Source: Bacteroidales bacterium
GTDB taxonomy: Bacteria > Bacteroidota > Bacteroidia > Bacteroidales > VadinHA17
Length of the DNA stretch: 64,000 nt
Assembly (NCBI GenBank): GCA_016715075.1
Contig: JADKBK010000005.1
Coordinates: forward strand, 20,541 to 84,540
Direction: 5' to 3'
Position numbers and translations under genes: made by a program. The notes below the pieces were generated by a model. The model did no database searches. It had not been told where the DNA came from and saw only the letters and a program-made list of their open reading frames with translations. Positions within the stretch are counted from its first letter, which is position 1. Every line of letters begins with the position of its first letter. This document shows, piece after piece, positions 36,201 to 46,515 of this stretch.

Positions 36201-37366
36201 GAAAAATCTTCAGGTTGGAAAATGTGCGTCCGTTATCTGCAATACTTGCTATAGCTCTTGCTGTTCCTGTATCCCTGAATCTTTTTACAGGATTTTCTTC
36301 CTGGCTTAGTCCGTATATAATGTTAAATTCAGTTTTCTCGCTTAAATCTTTTGTTGGATTAAACCTGCTTGCATCTTTCGTTCTTGTGGCAGTTTTATTT
36401 CGAAAAAGATGGTTTTGCCGCTATCTCTGTCCTCTGGGCTGGAGTTGCGATATGGTATCGGATCTTAGTCGTAATAAGTCGTTTACATATAAGCGCTTAC
36501 CTGATTTTGGCAAATGGATAGCTCTCCTTTCCCTTTCAGCTGCCATAGTTGGTTTTCCATTGTTTATTATTTTCGATCCGCTGGCGATCTTCAATGGTTT
36601 TTTTTCAATCTTTTCAGGAAAGTTAAACTTCATTGCTTTACTATCTTTATCAGGTCTGCCAGTTCTGCTCCTTATCCATCTGATTTTTCCGGGAATATGG
36701 TGCGCAAAGCTTTGCCCACTGGGCGGACTGCAATTGATATTTGCAGATTTAAAAACCCGGTCAGGACTTTTGTTTAACAGTAAAAAATCAGGATCTCCGT
36801 CACATGATCCTGGCAGAAGATATTTACTGATGTCCGGATTGGGGTTATTGGCTGGAGCCGCAATTCCAGGATTCCTTAAACCATTTGCAGGAAAGAGTAT
36901 CAGGCCACCAGGTGCTGTTGAACCGATATTATTCAACACTCTGTGCTGCCGATGCGGCAATTGCATTAAGGCCTGTCCGACAGATATTATTATTCCCCAT
37001 GCTGATTTTAACAATATTCTTTCTTGGATGACACCTGAGATCAGTTTCAAATCAGGATATTGCCTTGAAACATGTAATTTATGCAGCAGAGTATGCCCCA
37101 GCGGGGCTATAACCCTCTTTAATGTTGAAGCTAAAAATCAGCTGTTTATCGGCTCTGCAGAGGTTCATCTGGCAAATTGCCTTCTTGTAAACAATAAAGA
37201 ATGTGTCAGATGCAGGGAATCATGTAAATTCGATGCAATATCGTTTGTATCACAGGAGAGTATTTTGAAAGTAAAGCCGGAGGTTAACATCAGGAAGTGT
37301 GTAGGTTGCGGAGCCTGCGCAGTAATTTGTCCCGTCAGCTGTATAGCAATCAACCCCATTCAGTAA
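36197..37366 (+). CDS. NapH/YccM-like membrane polyferredoxin (4Fe-4S binding protein)
   Basis: The N-terminal TM region carries CRYLCPLGW and WCAKLCPLGG. The C-terminal part carries CCRCGNCIKACP, CNLCSRVCP, CVRCRESC and CVGCGACAVICP. The start overlaps the FAD gene stop (ATGA 36197-36200). Confidence 0.7.
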   Translation: MRKIFRLENVRPLSAILAIALAVPVSLNLFTGFSSWLSPYIMLNSVFSLKSFVGLNLLASFVLVAVLFRKRWFCRYLCPLGWSCDMVSDLSRNKSFTYKRLPDFGKWIALLSLSAAIVGFPLFIIFDPLAIFNGFFSIFSGKLNFIALLSLSGLPVLLLIHLIFPGIWCAKLCPLGGLQLIFADLKTRSGLLFNSKKSGSPSHDPGRRYLLMSGLGLLAGAAIPGFLKPFAGKSIRPPGAVEPILFNTLCCRCGNCIKACPTDIIIPHADFNNILSWMTPEISFKSGYCLETCNLCSRVCPSGAITLFNVEAKNQLFIGSAEVHLANCLLVNNKECVRCRESCKFDAISFVSQESILKVKPEVNIRKCVGCGACAVICPVSCIAINPIQ

Positions 37367-39577
37367 ACCCGGATCTCATCCATAAAGAGCCATACCGGAT
37401 ATCCAACGCCATAATGCCAGGCCGGACCTATTCCAACATTCCCGAGGTGTATTTTGACATACCTTGCCCTGGTCTTTTGCAAAGCCTTTACCTCATAGCT
37501 TGCATATTTCACCTCGGGTGAGCGGTCTTCCGGAATATCGACTTTTCCAAGAAGTGTAAAATTTATGTTATCGGTTGAGATATAACAGGTCATGCTTTTT
37601 GGAAGCAGTATCCATGATCCGAGTTTATGAAGGAAATCTGCTTCAATGGTCTCTATATCCTCAATCTCATTCAGATCTATAATTACCTCCCCGTCATTCT
37701 TTTCCCAGCCGACCCAGCTTTCGTTGAAGGTAGCACCTCCAAGAAGGCCATCAGTCAGTGCCACGTCTGCTATTTTATCATATGGCTTGTTCGGAGGTAA
37801 TGTATATGATACAGAAGCATTTGCAGCAAGGCTTTTTCTTGGATTCGGAATGTTGCGTTTGAGATAAAGATCACAGTATTCTTCTACTGTATTATTCCTT
37901 TCATTCAGAGCTGTTACTCCAAGAATCTGAGCTCTTTTTCTGAATAATTCAAGCTCATCTTTTATTCTCTTTGCATTCGTCATATCACCTGTACGGGCTA
38001 TCTCCAGTTCTGCAAACTGTATCGATAACCGTTGCTGCCAAACCCTTTTCAGAAAGACACTGTCGTATGAGACAGCCTGCTCTGCTTTATCAAACAGATC
38101 CCTGTAAATTTTTATCATATTAGGATTTAACATCCCGTTCTTATGTGTGATAGGAGTGTCGTAGATCCATAATCCGATCTTACTGCCAACCAAAGCACCT
38201 TCCTGGAGGTTCATGTATTTATAGAGAAAAGGAGCGGCATTACCGTAGTAACCCGCCAGGAACGACTGTACTACCGAATCAACATTGCAGTTCACATTCC
38301 ATAGAAGCTTAGATACAACATAGCTTCTCAGTTCAGAGAAATCACCTCCCTTGCTGCCGGCTATCTGAGAAAAATGCATATTGACATTGTTCTCTTTGAA
38401 CAACTTCATGTTAGCCTGGAGAATATGGAAATTGGGAAAAGGCGAAATATAATTGTCAAAGTTGATGCCGTAATCCCATACAAAAATATTATCCGAGATA
38501 GCAGACCATCCCTCAAGAGCCTTCATAAAGTGTTGTCCTGAAGGATTGTCTGTTAGCGGCACCTCTCTGTAACAATCAATATCACAAAGCATTATATTTA
38601 CATTAGGCAAAGGCTTGATGTTCTTTGGCGGATTCATTGAATACAGGTATGCCAGGGTTGAAAACTCCTTGTCGGGGAACCTGGCAGCAAGCTTGTTCAA
38701 AAAATATATTATGCTTCCTGAAGGTCCGCCTTCAGCTTCATCTGTCTTTTTTACAGTTCTCACACTGACAGTTTGTAAAGTTACCGTCATTCTGACTTAC
38801 TGAGATCATTTTCATTCCTGGATTGGCCCTGAAGATAGAGTCAATCCTTTTAGATACAGTCTCGAAAACATCAGGATTTGTAAGGCACCATTGGCTTGCT
38901 GACCCGGGACGTCGCATTCCGTTAATGTACGAATAATATTCAGGGTGGGTTTTTCCAAGTTTCTCCGAGGGGAGCAATCTGTCAAAAGTATGTACCCAGT
39001 AAGAGGCGGCGAACAGTTCTCCAGGTTCCTCAAGCCTGTGCCATACTTTATAAAAAGAATCTTCAGCTATGCTGTAGGCCTGTGTCTGCCTGTAACGAAA
39101 GCTGGGATTTTCAATAATGTTAATGAACGACGGGAGATGCAGTTCAGATCTCTTTGGAAATTCACCAGAATTGGCAGCATAATACCTGATACCAAAATAA
39201 TTCTCAAGCAGGGTAACTATACCATTTATGGTTCCGGAACCGTTGCTTCCTGTAATCCTGAAAACAGAACTGTCCGAAGAGAGAATGAATCCATCCTCAG
39301 TTATTCCGTAAGAACTGACAACTGAGCCAGAAAGTGGAAGACTCTTAATAATGATGTCACCCTTTTTAACCTTTGCCCAGGGATCTGCCAAAGGTAATTC
39401 AGTCCCGGTAATTTTCTTAATTGATAAGTTTAGAAGCTCAGCTGCCTGATATTCTGTTTTGCTGATCTTATCAACAACGATTCTTCCTGTGGCCCTGCCG
39501 TTTTTTACAATTTCAATCTGTCCAGAAACAGGGGGCACAAGTAAAAATATAATAAATAAGAGCAGGATTTTTTTCAT
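37360..39577 (-). pseudogene. DUF4838-domain protein (GH20-like fold plus C-terminal F5/8 type C domain), split by a frameshift in a homopolymer
   Basis: ORFs 38738..39577 (ends ...CQCENCKKDR*) and 37360..38790 (...VKKTDEAEGGPSGS...) overlap. Removing one A from the A6 run (T6 at 38747-38752 on the plus strand) gives CQCENCKKTDEAEGGPSGS, the usual DUF4838 junction. The C-terminus ARYVKIHL...WLFMDEIRVY looks like a discoidin domain. Confidence 0.7.
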
Positions 39578-40473
39578 TATGAAGTGGCGATACGCATCAC
39601 TCTGCTGACAGCATCGTCAATCTGTTCCCTGCTTTCGAGTCCAAGGGTCATACAATGTACGTTGCCGCTTTTTATCACGTAATTAAGTGATTTCTCACGC
39701 TGATCATCCTGGATCAGTTCACCCATGCCAAACACCTTCATCCCGATAACACCTTTCCCGTTTTTGCGTGCTGTCTCCAGAACCTTCATCACCTGGTCGG
39801 GTGTACCATCCATTTTTGGGCCCTTGTGGTTGATCCTTGCAAGCAGCACATCAACCCATGGATTATTTGCAGCTTCAACCATGGCTTCCATGTTGTGACA
39901 GGATATTCCGACCGTTTTGATAATTCCCTTTTCTTTTGCCTTCGACAAGTCATCCATGTATTTCCTGTACTCTGTTGACCACTCTCCGTTCATCATACAA
40001 TGCAAAAGCAAAATATCAAAGTATTCAGTTCCTATCTCTTTTCTGAAGCGGTCGAGGCTTTTCTGGAACGGTTCAACTTTATACCATCCCTCCTGGTCAT
40101 ATGTCATTACTTTTGTAAGAATTGTAACTTTATCACGTGGGATTACCTTAAGTGCTTCACCTACATAAGTATGGGAGCCGTACATGTCGGCAGTATCAAA
40201 AAACTTAATCCCTTTGTCGTAGGCATATTGTGATAATTCTACGAATTTTTTGGTGCCTAGCCTTGTCTGGTTAGATGCCTTGGCCCATCCTCCCGATCCG
40301 GTACCTATGGCAACACGCGGAACCATAAGGCCGGTATTGCCCAGTTTCACCTTATCGATTGTAGCTCCTGCAGGAGTAAAATCTAAGCTTTTAAGCCCTG
40401 AAGAAAAGGCAGCTATTCCTGCAAGTCCGGCTACACTTTTCTGTATAAATTCGCGACGGTTTGTCTTTTTCAT
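39577..40473 (-). CDS. Aldo/keto reductase with twin-arginine signal peptide
   Basis: MKKTNRREFIQKSVAGLAGIAAFSSG is a TAT-type leader. AKR blocks: FFDTADMYGSH, DILLLHC, GISCHN. The stop overlaps the start of the DUF4838 gene (TAATG). Confidence 0.8.
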   Translation of the reverse strand: MKKTNRREFIQKSVAGLAGIAAFSSGLKSLDFTPAGATIDKVKLGNTGLMVPRVAIGTGSGGWAKASNQTRLGTKKFVELSQYAYDKGIKFFDTADMYGSHTYVGEALKVIPRDKVTILTKVMTYDQEGWYKVEPFQKSLDRFRKEIGTEYFDILLLHCMMNGEWSTEYRKYMDDLSKAKEKGIIKTVGISCHNMEAMVEAANNPWVDVLLARINHKGPKMDGTPDQVMKVLETARKNGKGVIGMKVFGMGELIQDDQREKSLNYVIKSGNVHCMTLGLESREQIDDAVSRVMRIATS

Positions 40474-40752
40474 ATTTAATATTTTACTGCTGAAACTTGA
40501 ATTAAAGAAACTAATACATACATTATTGCCCTTACAATAAATTCCGGACTTTGTAAAGATATACTATTGTTTATATATTGAAAACAGTTATGCAGATGGT
40601 TTTGTTGTGAATTTCCATGTTTACTTTTGATCCCGATATCATGTCTGCCTTCAAAAATCAGTACCCGGTAGAAATCCCTAACAGACATTGCCAATATTAT
40701 TGATAATCCGCCTGCATTGAATTAACTTCGCTAACACATAAACATCATAAAT

Positions 40753-42750
40753 ATGAATCCAGGAATAAATAAATTGCGAAACTTATCGCTCTGCACCATC
40801 TTTTTGATGGTAAATCTGATTGCTTTTTCAAACGATACACTTAGGGTAAGTTCACCATCGGGTAAAATATTTGTGAAAGTATGGATGGGCAAACAGTTGA
40901 CTTATACAATTTCATACGATAATAAAACCATACTGAAGCCTTCATCTATAGATCTCCTTATGGAAAATAGCCGGGCTTTGTCGTTAAATAATGCTATCAG
41001 ATCCTCCTCGGTGAAAAAGTTCAGTGAACAGATCATCTCACCCGTACCTGAGAAGCGCAGGATCATTCCGGATGTGTATAATCTTCTGTCGATTGGATTC
41101 AGACAACCCTTCAAAGTTGAGTTCAGGGTTTATGATGATGGGGTAGCTTACAGAATTTCAACTCTGTACAAAGATTCTGTTTATATAAATAATGAAGTGG
41201 CGGAATTCTCTTTTCCCGGAACCCCTTCAATCTATATTCCGCTTGTTCAGAAGCGGGAAGATGCAGATATCTTCCATACGAGCTTTGAAGAGGAGTATCC
41301 ATTAAGGAAAATGGATGCTCTTTTGGATGGTATGATAGGTTATACACCTGTTCTTGTTGCTCCTGAATCTGATCCCAAAATTGGTATAACTGAGTCTGAC
41401 CTGGAAGATTATCCGGGAATGTTCTTAGGAGGAACCGGTACTTCAAAATTAAAGGGAGTATTTGCCGGTTATCCTCTGGAAGAACAAGTGTCAGGTGATA
41501 CATATAAACAGTTAAAGGTCACAAAGCGGGCATCTTATATTGCGAGAACAAAAGGAACAAGAAGTTTACCATGGAGGGTTCTTCTGATAGCAGGGGAGGA
41601 TAAGGATCTGCCTGGCAATGATATAGTCTACCGGCTCGGTGCCCCTTCAAGGATTGCGGATGCTTCATGGGTCAAACCCGGAAATCTGACGGATGAATGG
41701 ATCATCGATCTCAATCTTTTTAATGTTCCGTTCAGGGCAGGACTAAATACGGCATCCTACAAATACTATATCGATTTTGCCAAAAGGTTCGGATTTGACC
41801 GTGTAATGATGGATGCAGGCTGGAGCGATAATGATGATCTTTTCAAGGTAATTCCTGCAATCAGTATGGATACCCTGACTGCTTATGCAAAAGAGAAAGG
41901 GATTAAAATATGTATGTGGACGCTTGCTATGACGCTTGACAGACAGCTGGAAGGTGCTCTTGAACAGTTCAATAAATGGGGAATTGATTTTATCATGACC
42001 GATTTTATGGACCGTGATGATCAGAAGACTGTCAATTTTTATCAGCGGGTTGCAAAGGCATGTGCCGACCATAAGATTATGATTATGTATCATGGTGCAT
42101 TCGCTCCGAAAGGATTTAACAGGACCTGGCCCAATGCTGTCGGAAGAGAAGGACTGCTAGGTTCCGAATATAATATGTGGAGTACCAGAGTCAACCCGGG
42201 GCATGATGTAATGCTTGCTTTTACACGCATGCTGGCCGGAGGATTTGATTATGAACCAGGGATGTTTAATAACGCCACAAAGAATGGGACAAGGCCGGTA
42301 GCGGGAATAGTTACCAGTCCCGGTACACGTTCCCACCAGCTCGCCATGTTTATTGTATATGACAGTCCCATGCAGATCTTTGCAGGAAATCCTTCAGATG
42401 GCATGCGTGAGCCTGAATTCATGGAGCTTCTGGGCAATCTGCCTACACTGTGGGATGAGACCATAATACCAGATGCAAAGGTGGCAGAATATATTGTCAG
42501 TGCCAGGAAGAAAGGTAACGACTGGTTCATAGGCGGAATGTGTGATTGGACTCCAAGGGACGTCACGGTAAAATTTGATTTTCTTGATGCTGGCATTTAC
42601 AGGGCAACTATCTGTAAAGATGGTATAAATGCAGACCGATATGCCTCTGATTATGTAATTCAGAAAAATGTCATAATTAAAAATAATGACGCAATGAAAA
42701 TACATCTCGCACCAGGTGGTGGCTTCCTGATTCGCCTTGAAAAACAGTAA
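40753..42750 (+). CDS. GH97 glycoside hydrolase (alpha-glucosidase/alpha-galactosidase family)
   Basis: Signal peptide. The N-terminal block LRVSSPSGKIFVKVWMGKQLTYTISYDNKTIL and the catalytic barrel blocks (FGFDRVMMDAGW, WGIDFIMTDFMDRDDQ, MYHGAFAPKG, GREG, GFDYEPG) are typical of GH97. Confidence 0.8.
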   Translation: MNPGINKLRNLSLCTIFLMVNLIAFSNDTLRVSSPSGKIFVKVWMGKQLTYTISYDNKTILKPSSIDLLMENSRALSLNNAIRSSSVKKFSEQIISPVPEKRRIIPDVYNLLSIGFRQPFKVEFRVYDDGVAYRISTLYKDSVYINNEVAEFSFPGTPSIYIPLVQKREDADIFHTSFEEEYPLRKMDALLDGMIGYTPVLVAPESDPKIGITESDLEDYPGMFLGGTGTSKLKGVFAGYPLEEQVSGDTYKQLKVTKRASYIARTKGTRSLPWRVLLIAGEDKDLPGNDIVYRLGAPSRIADASWVKPGNLTDEWIIDLNLFNVPFRAGLNTASYKYYIDFAKRFGFDRVMMDAGWSDNDDLFKVIPAISMDTLTAYAKEKGIKICMWTLAMTLDRQLEGALEQFNKWGIDFIMTDFMDRDDQKTVNFYQRVAKACADHKIMIMYHGAFAPKGFNRTWPNAVGREGLLGSEYNMWSTRVNPGHDVMLAFTRMLAGGFDYEPGMFNNATKNGTRPVAGIVTSPGTRSHQLAMFIVYDSPMQIFAGNPSDGMREPEFMELLGNLPTLWDETIIPDAKVAEYIVSARKKGNDWFIGGMCDWTPRDVTVKFDFLDAGIYRATICKDGINADRYASDYVIQKNVIIKNNDAMKIHLAPGGGFLIRLEKQ

Positions 42751-42909
42751 TTTCTGTCTTTTTGATGAAATGAATATCTGGCCTTTCTTTGATGTCTATT
42801 CCCATTACTATCGAGTGCTCTATAACAGAAACAGAGAAAATAACTCTAAGGACCAGGGTATATGCGATATCATATAAGTAAAAGCAATGCTGGCAGTTGT
42901 ATTTATGAA

Positions 42910-43380
42910 CTAAACATTTAATAGCTTCTCTATATCGAATTTCTTCATTTTCAGGAAAGCTTCAGTTACCCTGCCTGATCTTGCCGGATCGCTCATCAAT
43001 TTTGAGAGTATCGAGGGGATAACCTGCCATGAGAGACCGAATTTATCCTTAAGCCATCCGCACTGGCTCTCTTCACCACCTTCTGTCAGCCTGTTCCAGT
43101 AATAGTCAATTTCTTCCTGATTGTCGCAGAATACCTGAAGTGATACAGCTTCATTGAATTTGAAGATGGGACCTCCGTTAAGTGCAATAAATGACTGATC
43201 ATTAATAGAGAAACCTACGGTCATTGCTGTACCCTCCTTCTGACCATGGATTTCGAAACCTTCCTTGCCATATCTGCTTATACTCTCAATTTTTGAGTTT
43301 TTAAATACAGAGGTGTAAAAAACTGCGGCTTCTTCAGCCTGATTATCAAACCAGAGACATATTGTGAAATGATCTTTCAT
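42910..43380 (-). CDS. VOC-superfamily protein (3-demethylubiquinone-9 3-methyltransferase-like/PhnB-like domain)
   Basis: ITICLWFDNQAEEAAVFYTSVFKNSKI ... CGWLKDKFGLSWQV is the typical pattern of this small glyoxalase-fold family. Confidence 0.65.
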   Translation of the reverse strand: MKDHFTICLWFDNQAEEAAVFYTSVFKNSKIESISRYGKEGFEIHGQKEGTAMTVGFSINDQSFIALNGGPIFKFNEAVSLQVFCDNQEEIDYYWNRLTEGGEESQCGWLKDKFGLSWQVIPSILSKLMSDPARSGRVTEAFLKMKKFDIEKLLNV

Positions 43381-43399
43381 TATTCAGATATAAAAATTA

Positions 43400-43828
43400 T
43401 TATTTTCTTGACTCGGTAAATTTCTTGAAATTATCCATTATAGATTGCCATCCAGTGCGCTGCATTTCAATTGAATTAGTCTTTTCAGCTTCAAAGGTCT
43501 CAATGATATCTGTTTTTTTCCCTTTTTCAGAAAATGTAATTTTAACCTTTCTGCCATCTCCTAAAGTATAGTCAATTTGTTTATTTACTATTACATTGTT
43601 ATATACTCCTTCAAAATCAAATCCCATACTACCGTCCCGGGCTTCCATCCTTATATTGAACTTACCATCCTTTCTGAGGTCATTCACTGCCCTGGGAGAA
43701 TGCCAGTCATCAGAGGCGTTATTCCAACCGGTTATACTTTCTGGAGTGGTCCAGTGTTTCCATACAGTCTCCACAGGTGCATTTACTGTTGCACGAACTG
43801 TTATTAGCGTTTTTTGATTGTTACCCAT
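43400..43828 (-). CDS. SRPBCC-superfamily protein (AHSA1/START-like)
   Basis: ITVRATVNAPVETVWKHWTTPESITGWN and later beta-rich blocks, 142 aa. Confidence 0.7.
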   Translation of the reverse strand: MGNNQKTLITVRATVNAPVETVWKHWTTPESITGWNNASDDWHSPRAVNDLRKDGKFNIRMEARDGSMGFDFEGVYNNVIVNKQIDYTLGDGRKVKITFSEKGKKTDIIETFEAEKTNSIEMQRTGWQSIMDNFKKFTESRK

Positions 43829-43953
43829 GATTTGAGTTTTATGATTTAGTAGCCATGAAGTTGAGATATGTGTTGCCTCTTTCCAGGTTATTCAGTTTTT
43901 TGATCTGTAGAAGAATAACAAACAGCGGTTAAATTTGTTTGTGAATTTCCTGT

Positions 43954-44664
43954 TTAGCCAGATAAGTTGGTCCGTCTCGTATTATAACTCCTTAGCAGTT
44001 GTGATCTTGTTTTCGAACCCCCATGCGACGGGAGAAAGATTCTGCTGTTTGTTTCTAGCAAAAGGCCCCAGCTGTTTATGAGTTGACTGATATTGTTTGC
44101 ATAAGGGGGAAAAACACCGCCCGGGAAAAAACCGAACATTGTATCGCCGACAATAGCTATTTCATCATCTACTATGATACTCAGAGAGCCTGGACTGTGT
44201 CCGGGAGTATGCATTATGTATGCATCAAATCCAAAAATCTTAAGATCCAATTTCTTGTCAATCAGAATATCAGAAAGGCAGGGATCACATTTCAGCCGGT
44301 TCGAGAATTTTAATGCAAAATTATTGACAATAAACCTGCTGAAAGCATTTGTCCCTTTAGGAGTGCAGATGTCACCGGTTTGCAGATAATAATCTTCGGC
44401 ATAGTGCAGAATGATGGGGCATCCGAATTTGTTTTTAATCTTTCCTGCATTTCCTGCATGGTCAAAATGGGAATGTGTCAGGATAAGATAATCAATCCGG
44501 TCAATTTTATTGTCCCTGATTTTTTTCTCAAGCTTGTTCCATTTATTTGCAGGACTCGTATCAATAAGGATATTCTCAGATCCATTTGTCAGAAGGAATA
44601 CATTGCTTCTGCCCGACAGCATCCTTAGAATTTTAATGCCGCTCCTTGTTTTCCAGGACTTCAT
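43954..44664 (-). CDS. MBL-fold metallo-hydrolase
   Basis: LILTHSHFDHAGN (HxHxDH motif), followed by HTPGHSPGS and a later H. Confidence 0.8.
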   Translation of the reverse strand: MKSWKTRSGIKILRMLSGRSNVFLLTNGSENILIDTSPANKWNKLEKKIRDNKIDRIDYLILTHSHFDHAGNAGKIKNKFGCPIILHYAEDYYLQTGDICTPKGTNAFSRFIVNNFALKFSNRLKCDPCLSDILIDKKLDLKIFGFDAYIMHTPGHSPGSLSIIVDDEIAIVGDTMFGFFPGGVFPPYANNISQLINSWGLLLETNSRIFLPSHGGSKTRSQLLRSYNTRRTNLSG

Positions 44665-45014
44665 ATTGTTCTGTTATCAATCAGTTTAAAGATCAGGAAA
44701 GCAGTTAATCCTCCGGCTATCGATGCCGCAATATCAATAAAATCGATATGTCCCGATGAGACTGATTGTTTAATTTCAAAGAGGAGAGAGGCAAGAGTCA
44801 CAATGGAGATTATTAGAACAGGAAATCTTACTGGTCGTATCATCAATAATAATGAGAAACCGGCAACATAAAAATAACTCGGAAGAAAACCTTCTATACC
44901 AAAATCGTTGATTTGGTTTGACACGATAAAGTCACGGTAAACGGACTTGCCAAGAAAGCCAAGAGCTACTGCCAGGAAACCGGCTGATCCATATAGCAAA
45001 TTCTTTTTTGGCAA
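44661..45014 (-). CDS. Small integral membrane protein, unknown function
   Basis: 117 aa with 3-4 hydrophobic segments. Its stop overlaps the MBL gene start by 4 nt. Confidence 0.4.
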   Translation of the reverse strand: MPKKNLLYGSAGFLAVALGFLGKSVYRDFIVSNQINDFGIEGFLPSYFYVAGFSLLLMIRPVRFPVLIISIVTLASLLFEIKQSVSSGHIDFIDIAASIAGGLTAFLIFKLIDNRTI

Positions 45015-45057
45015 TTTCTCTGGGTAATCTATACTCCCGGACCCGGGGATCAGTATT

Positions 45058-45501
45058 TTATTCTGTCACTTTTTCTATTTCAATCTCTGCCTTATAGGCA
45101 CGCGGAAGGACAATATTTTTGATATTAGGGTAGGGGGTTACTGCCTTGAGAGTGAATTTATATTCCCCGATAATTGTATCGGTGGTAAATGCAGGGTAAG
45201 TATTTAAGCTAAAGAAGACAGGATTTTCGTCCGTTTTAACGAATTTAAATTTTGCCTCGGCATTTCCCTGCCAGATACATTGAACTCCTTCCGGGCATCG
45301 CGAATCACCCACAATGGATTCGAAACAAATATAAGTTTGAGCCTGGAGATCACCTGCACAGTCTCCCTCTGAAATAATAATTGCATTATTAAGTACAAAT
45401 TCGCTGGTAACATCCATATTCTCATAGGTAGGGAAATTGCTGGTTTTCTCACATGAGAATATAAAAGCTGATATCGATGCAATGATAATTAACTTTTTCA
45501 T
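45058..45501 (-). CDS. Lipoprotein of unknown function
   Basis: MKKLIIIASISAFIFSC lipobox. 147 aa, Cys-containing beta-rich sequence. Confidence 0.45.
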   Translation of the reverse strand: MKKLIIIASISAFIFSCEKTSNFPTYENMDVTSEFVLNNAIIISEGDCAGDLQAQTYICFESIVGDSRCPEGVQCIWQGNAEAKFKFVKTDENPVFFSLNTYPAFTTDTIIGEYKFTLKAVTPYPNIKNIVLPRAYKAEIEIEKVTE

Positions 45502-45625
45502 AGGGTAAATTTATTATTATTTCAATAAATCCTTTCTACATCTCCAACAAAAATTATTCCAAAAAAGATCATTGAAAGCAGGGATGTTTTTTCTAGTGTA
45601 ATGGTTTCAGAAAGAACTTTTTCAG

Positions 45626-46372
45626 CTAAGGTTCATAAATCATTTTTTTTGTCATTCCTCCATCAATTGTAATATTGGTGCCATTAATGAAATTGTTTCC
45701 TTCAGCAGTAATGTAAAGACAGGCACTGGCTACATCCTCTGGTTTACCAACCCTTCCGGAAAGATGCTGCAGATGATCAGCTTCCTTAATAAGGCTGTAA
45801 TTTCCAGTCTCTATCCAGCCAGGGCTGATACAGTTCACCTGGATCAGGTCACAAGAGAATGATGCTGCCATTGAGTGGGTTAGTGCCACTAATCCTCCTT
45901 TTGCAGCTGCATAAGCTTCCGAGTTTGGTTCTGACATAAATGCTCTTGTTGATGAGATATTTACTATAGAGCCGCCACCATGCATTTTCATTATTTTTGC
46001 TGCCTCCCTTGAACAGAGGAAAGCACTGCGGAGATTGGTGTTGATTACTTTATCCCACTCATCAACCGACAGGTCATAGGGCGATTCCCATTTTGATATT
46101 CCGGTATTATTAATCAGGATATCAATAGTACCGAACATCTCTGCTGTTTTTCTGACCATTTCAGTAATTTCATCCGGAGATGTTACATCAGTTTTAATAA
46201 ATATTGCATTGCCTCCATCAGATACTATCAGCTTTTCCGTCTCTTGGCCAGATGCTGTATCTTTCTCAGCGATCACAACAAGGGCTCCTTTTGCTGCATA
46301 GGTTTGAGCAATACAACGACCAATGCCTTTACCTGAACCTGTAACTATAACAACTTTCCCTTCAAATTCCAT
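45626..46372 (-). CDS. SDR-family oxidoreductase (FabG-like)
   Basis: TGSGKGIGR (TGxxxGxG), NNTG, and the S...YAAAK catalytic tetrad region. 248 aa. Confidence 0.9.
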   Translation of the reverse strand: MEFEGKVVIVTGSGKGIGRCIAQTYAAKGALVVIAEKDTASGQETEKLIVSDGGNAIFIKTDVTSPDEITEMVRKTAEMFGTIDILINNTGISKWESPYDLSVDEWDKVINTNLRSAFLCSREAAKIMKMHGGGSIVNISSTRAFMSEPNSEAYAAAKGGLVALTHSMAASFSCDLIQVNCISPGWIETGNYSLIKEADHLQHLSGRVGKPEDVASACLYITAEGNNFINGTNITIDGGMTKKMIYEP

Positions 46373-46515
46373 TTTGGTTTCGTTTGATTCATACTACAAA
46401 ATCCGTAAGAGTAAATTTAGTGATTTCTGCCGGTTTGGAATTGGAAGAAACTCCGGAATATATCAGAATTGAAATGTATCTGAATTGTTAAATTTTCGGG
46501 CATGAACTTTTATTT

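Noticed and set aside
36421-37050. Long antisense ORFs (209 aa here; also 49362-49916, 54887-55405, 41123-41503, 19531-19917) as overlapping genes.
   Set aside because: Each lies entirely inside a well-supported gene on the other strand. They have low-complexity or unrecognisable sequence and no independent start context. They are typical shadow ORFs.
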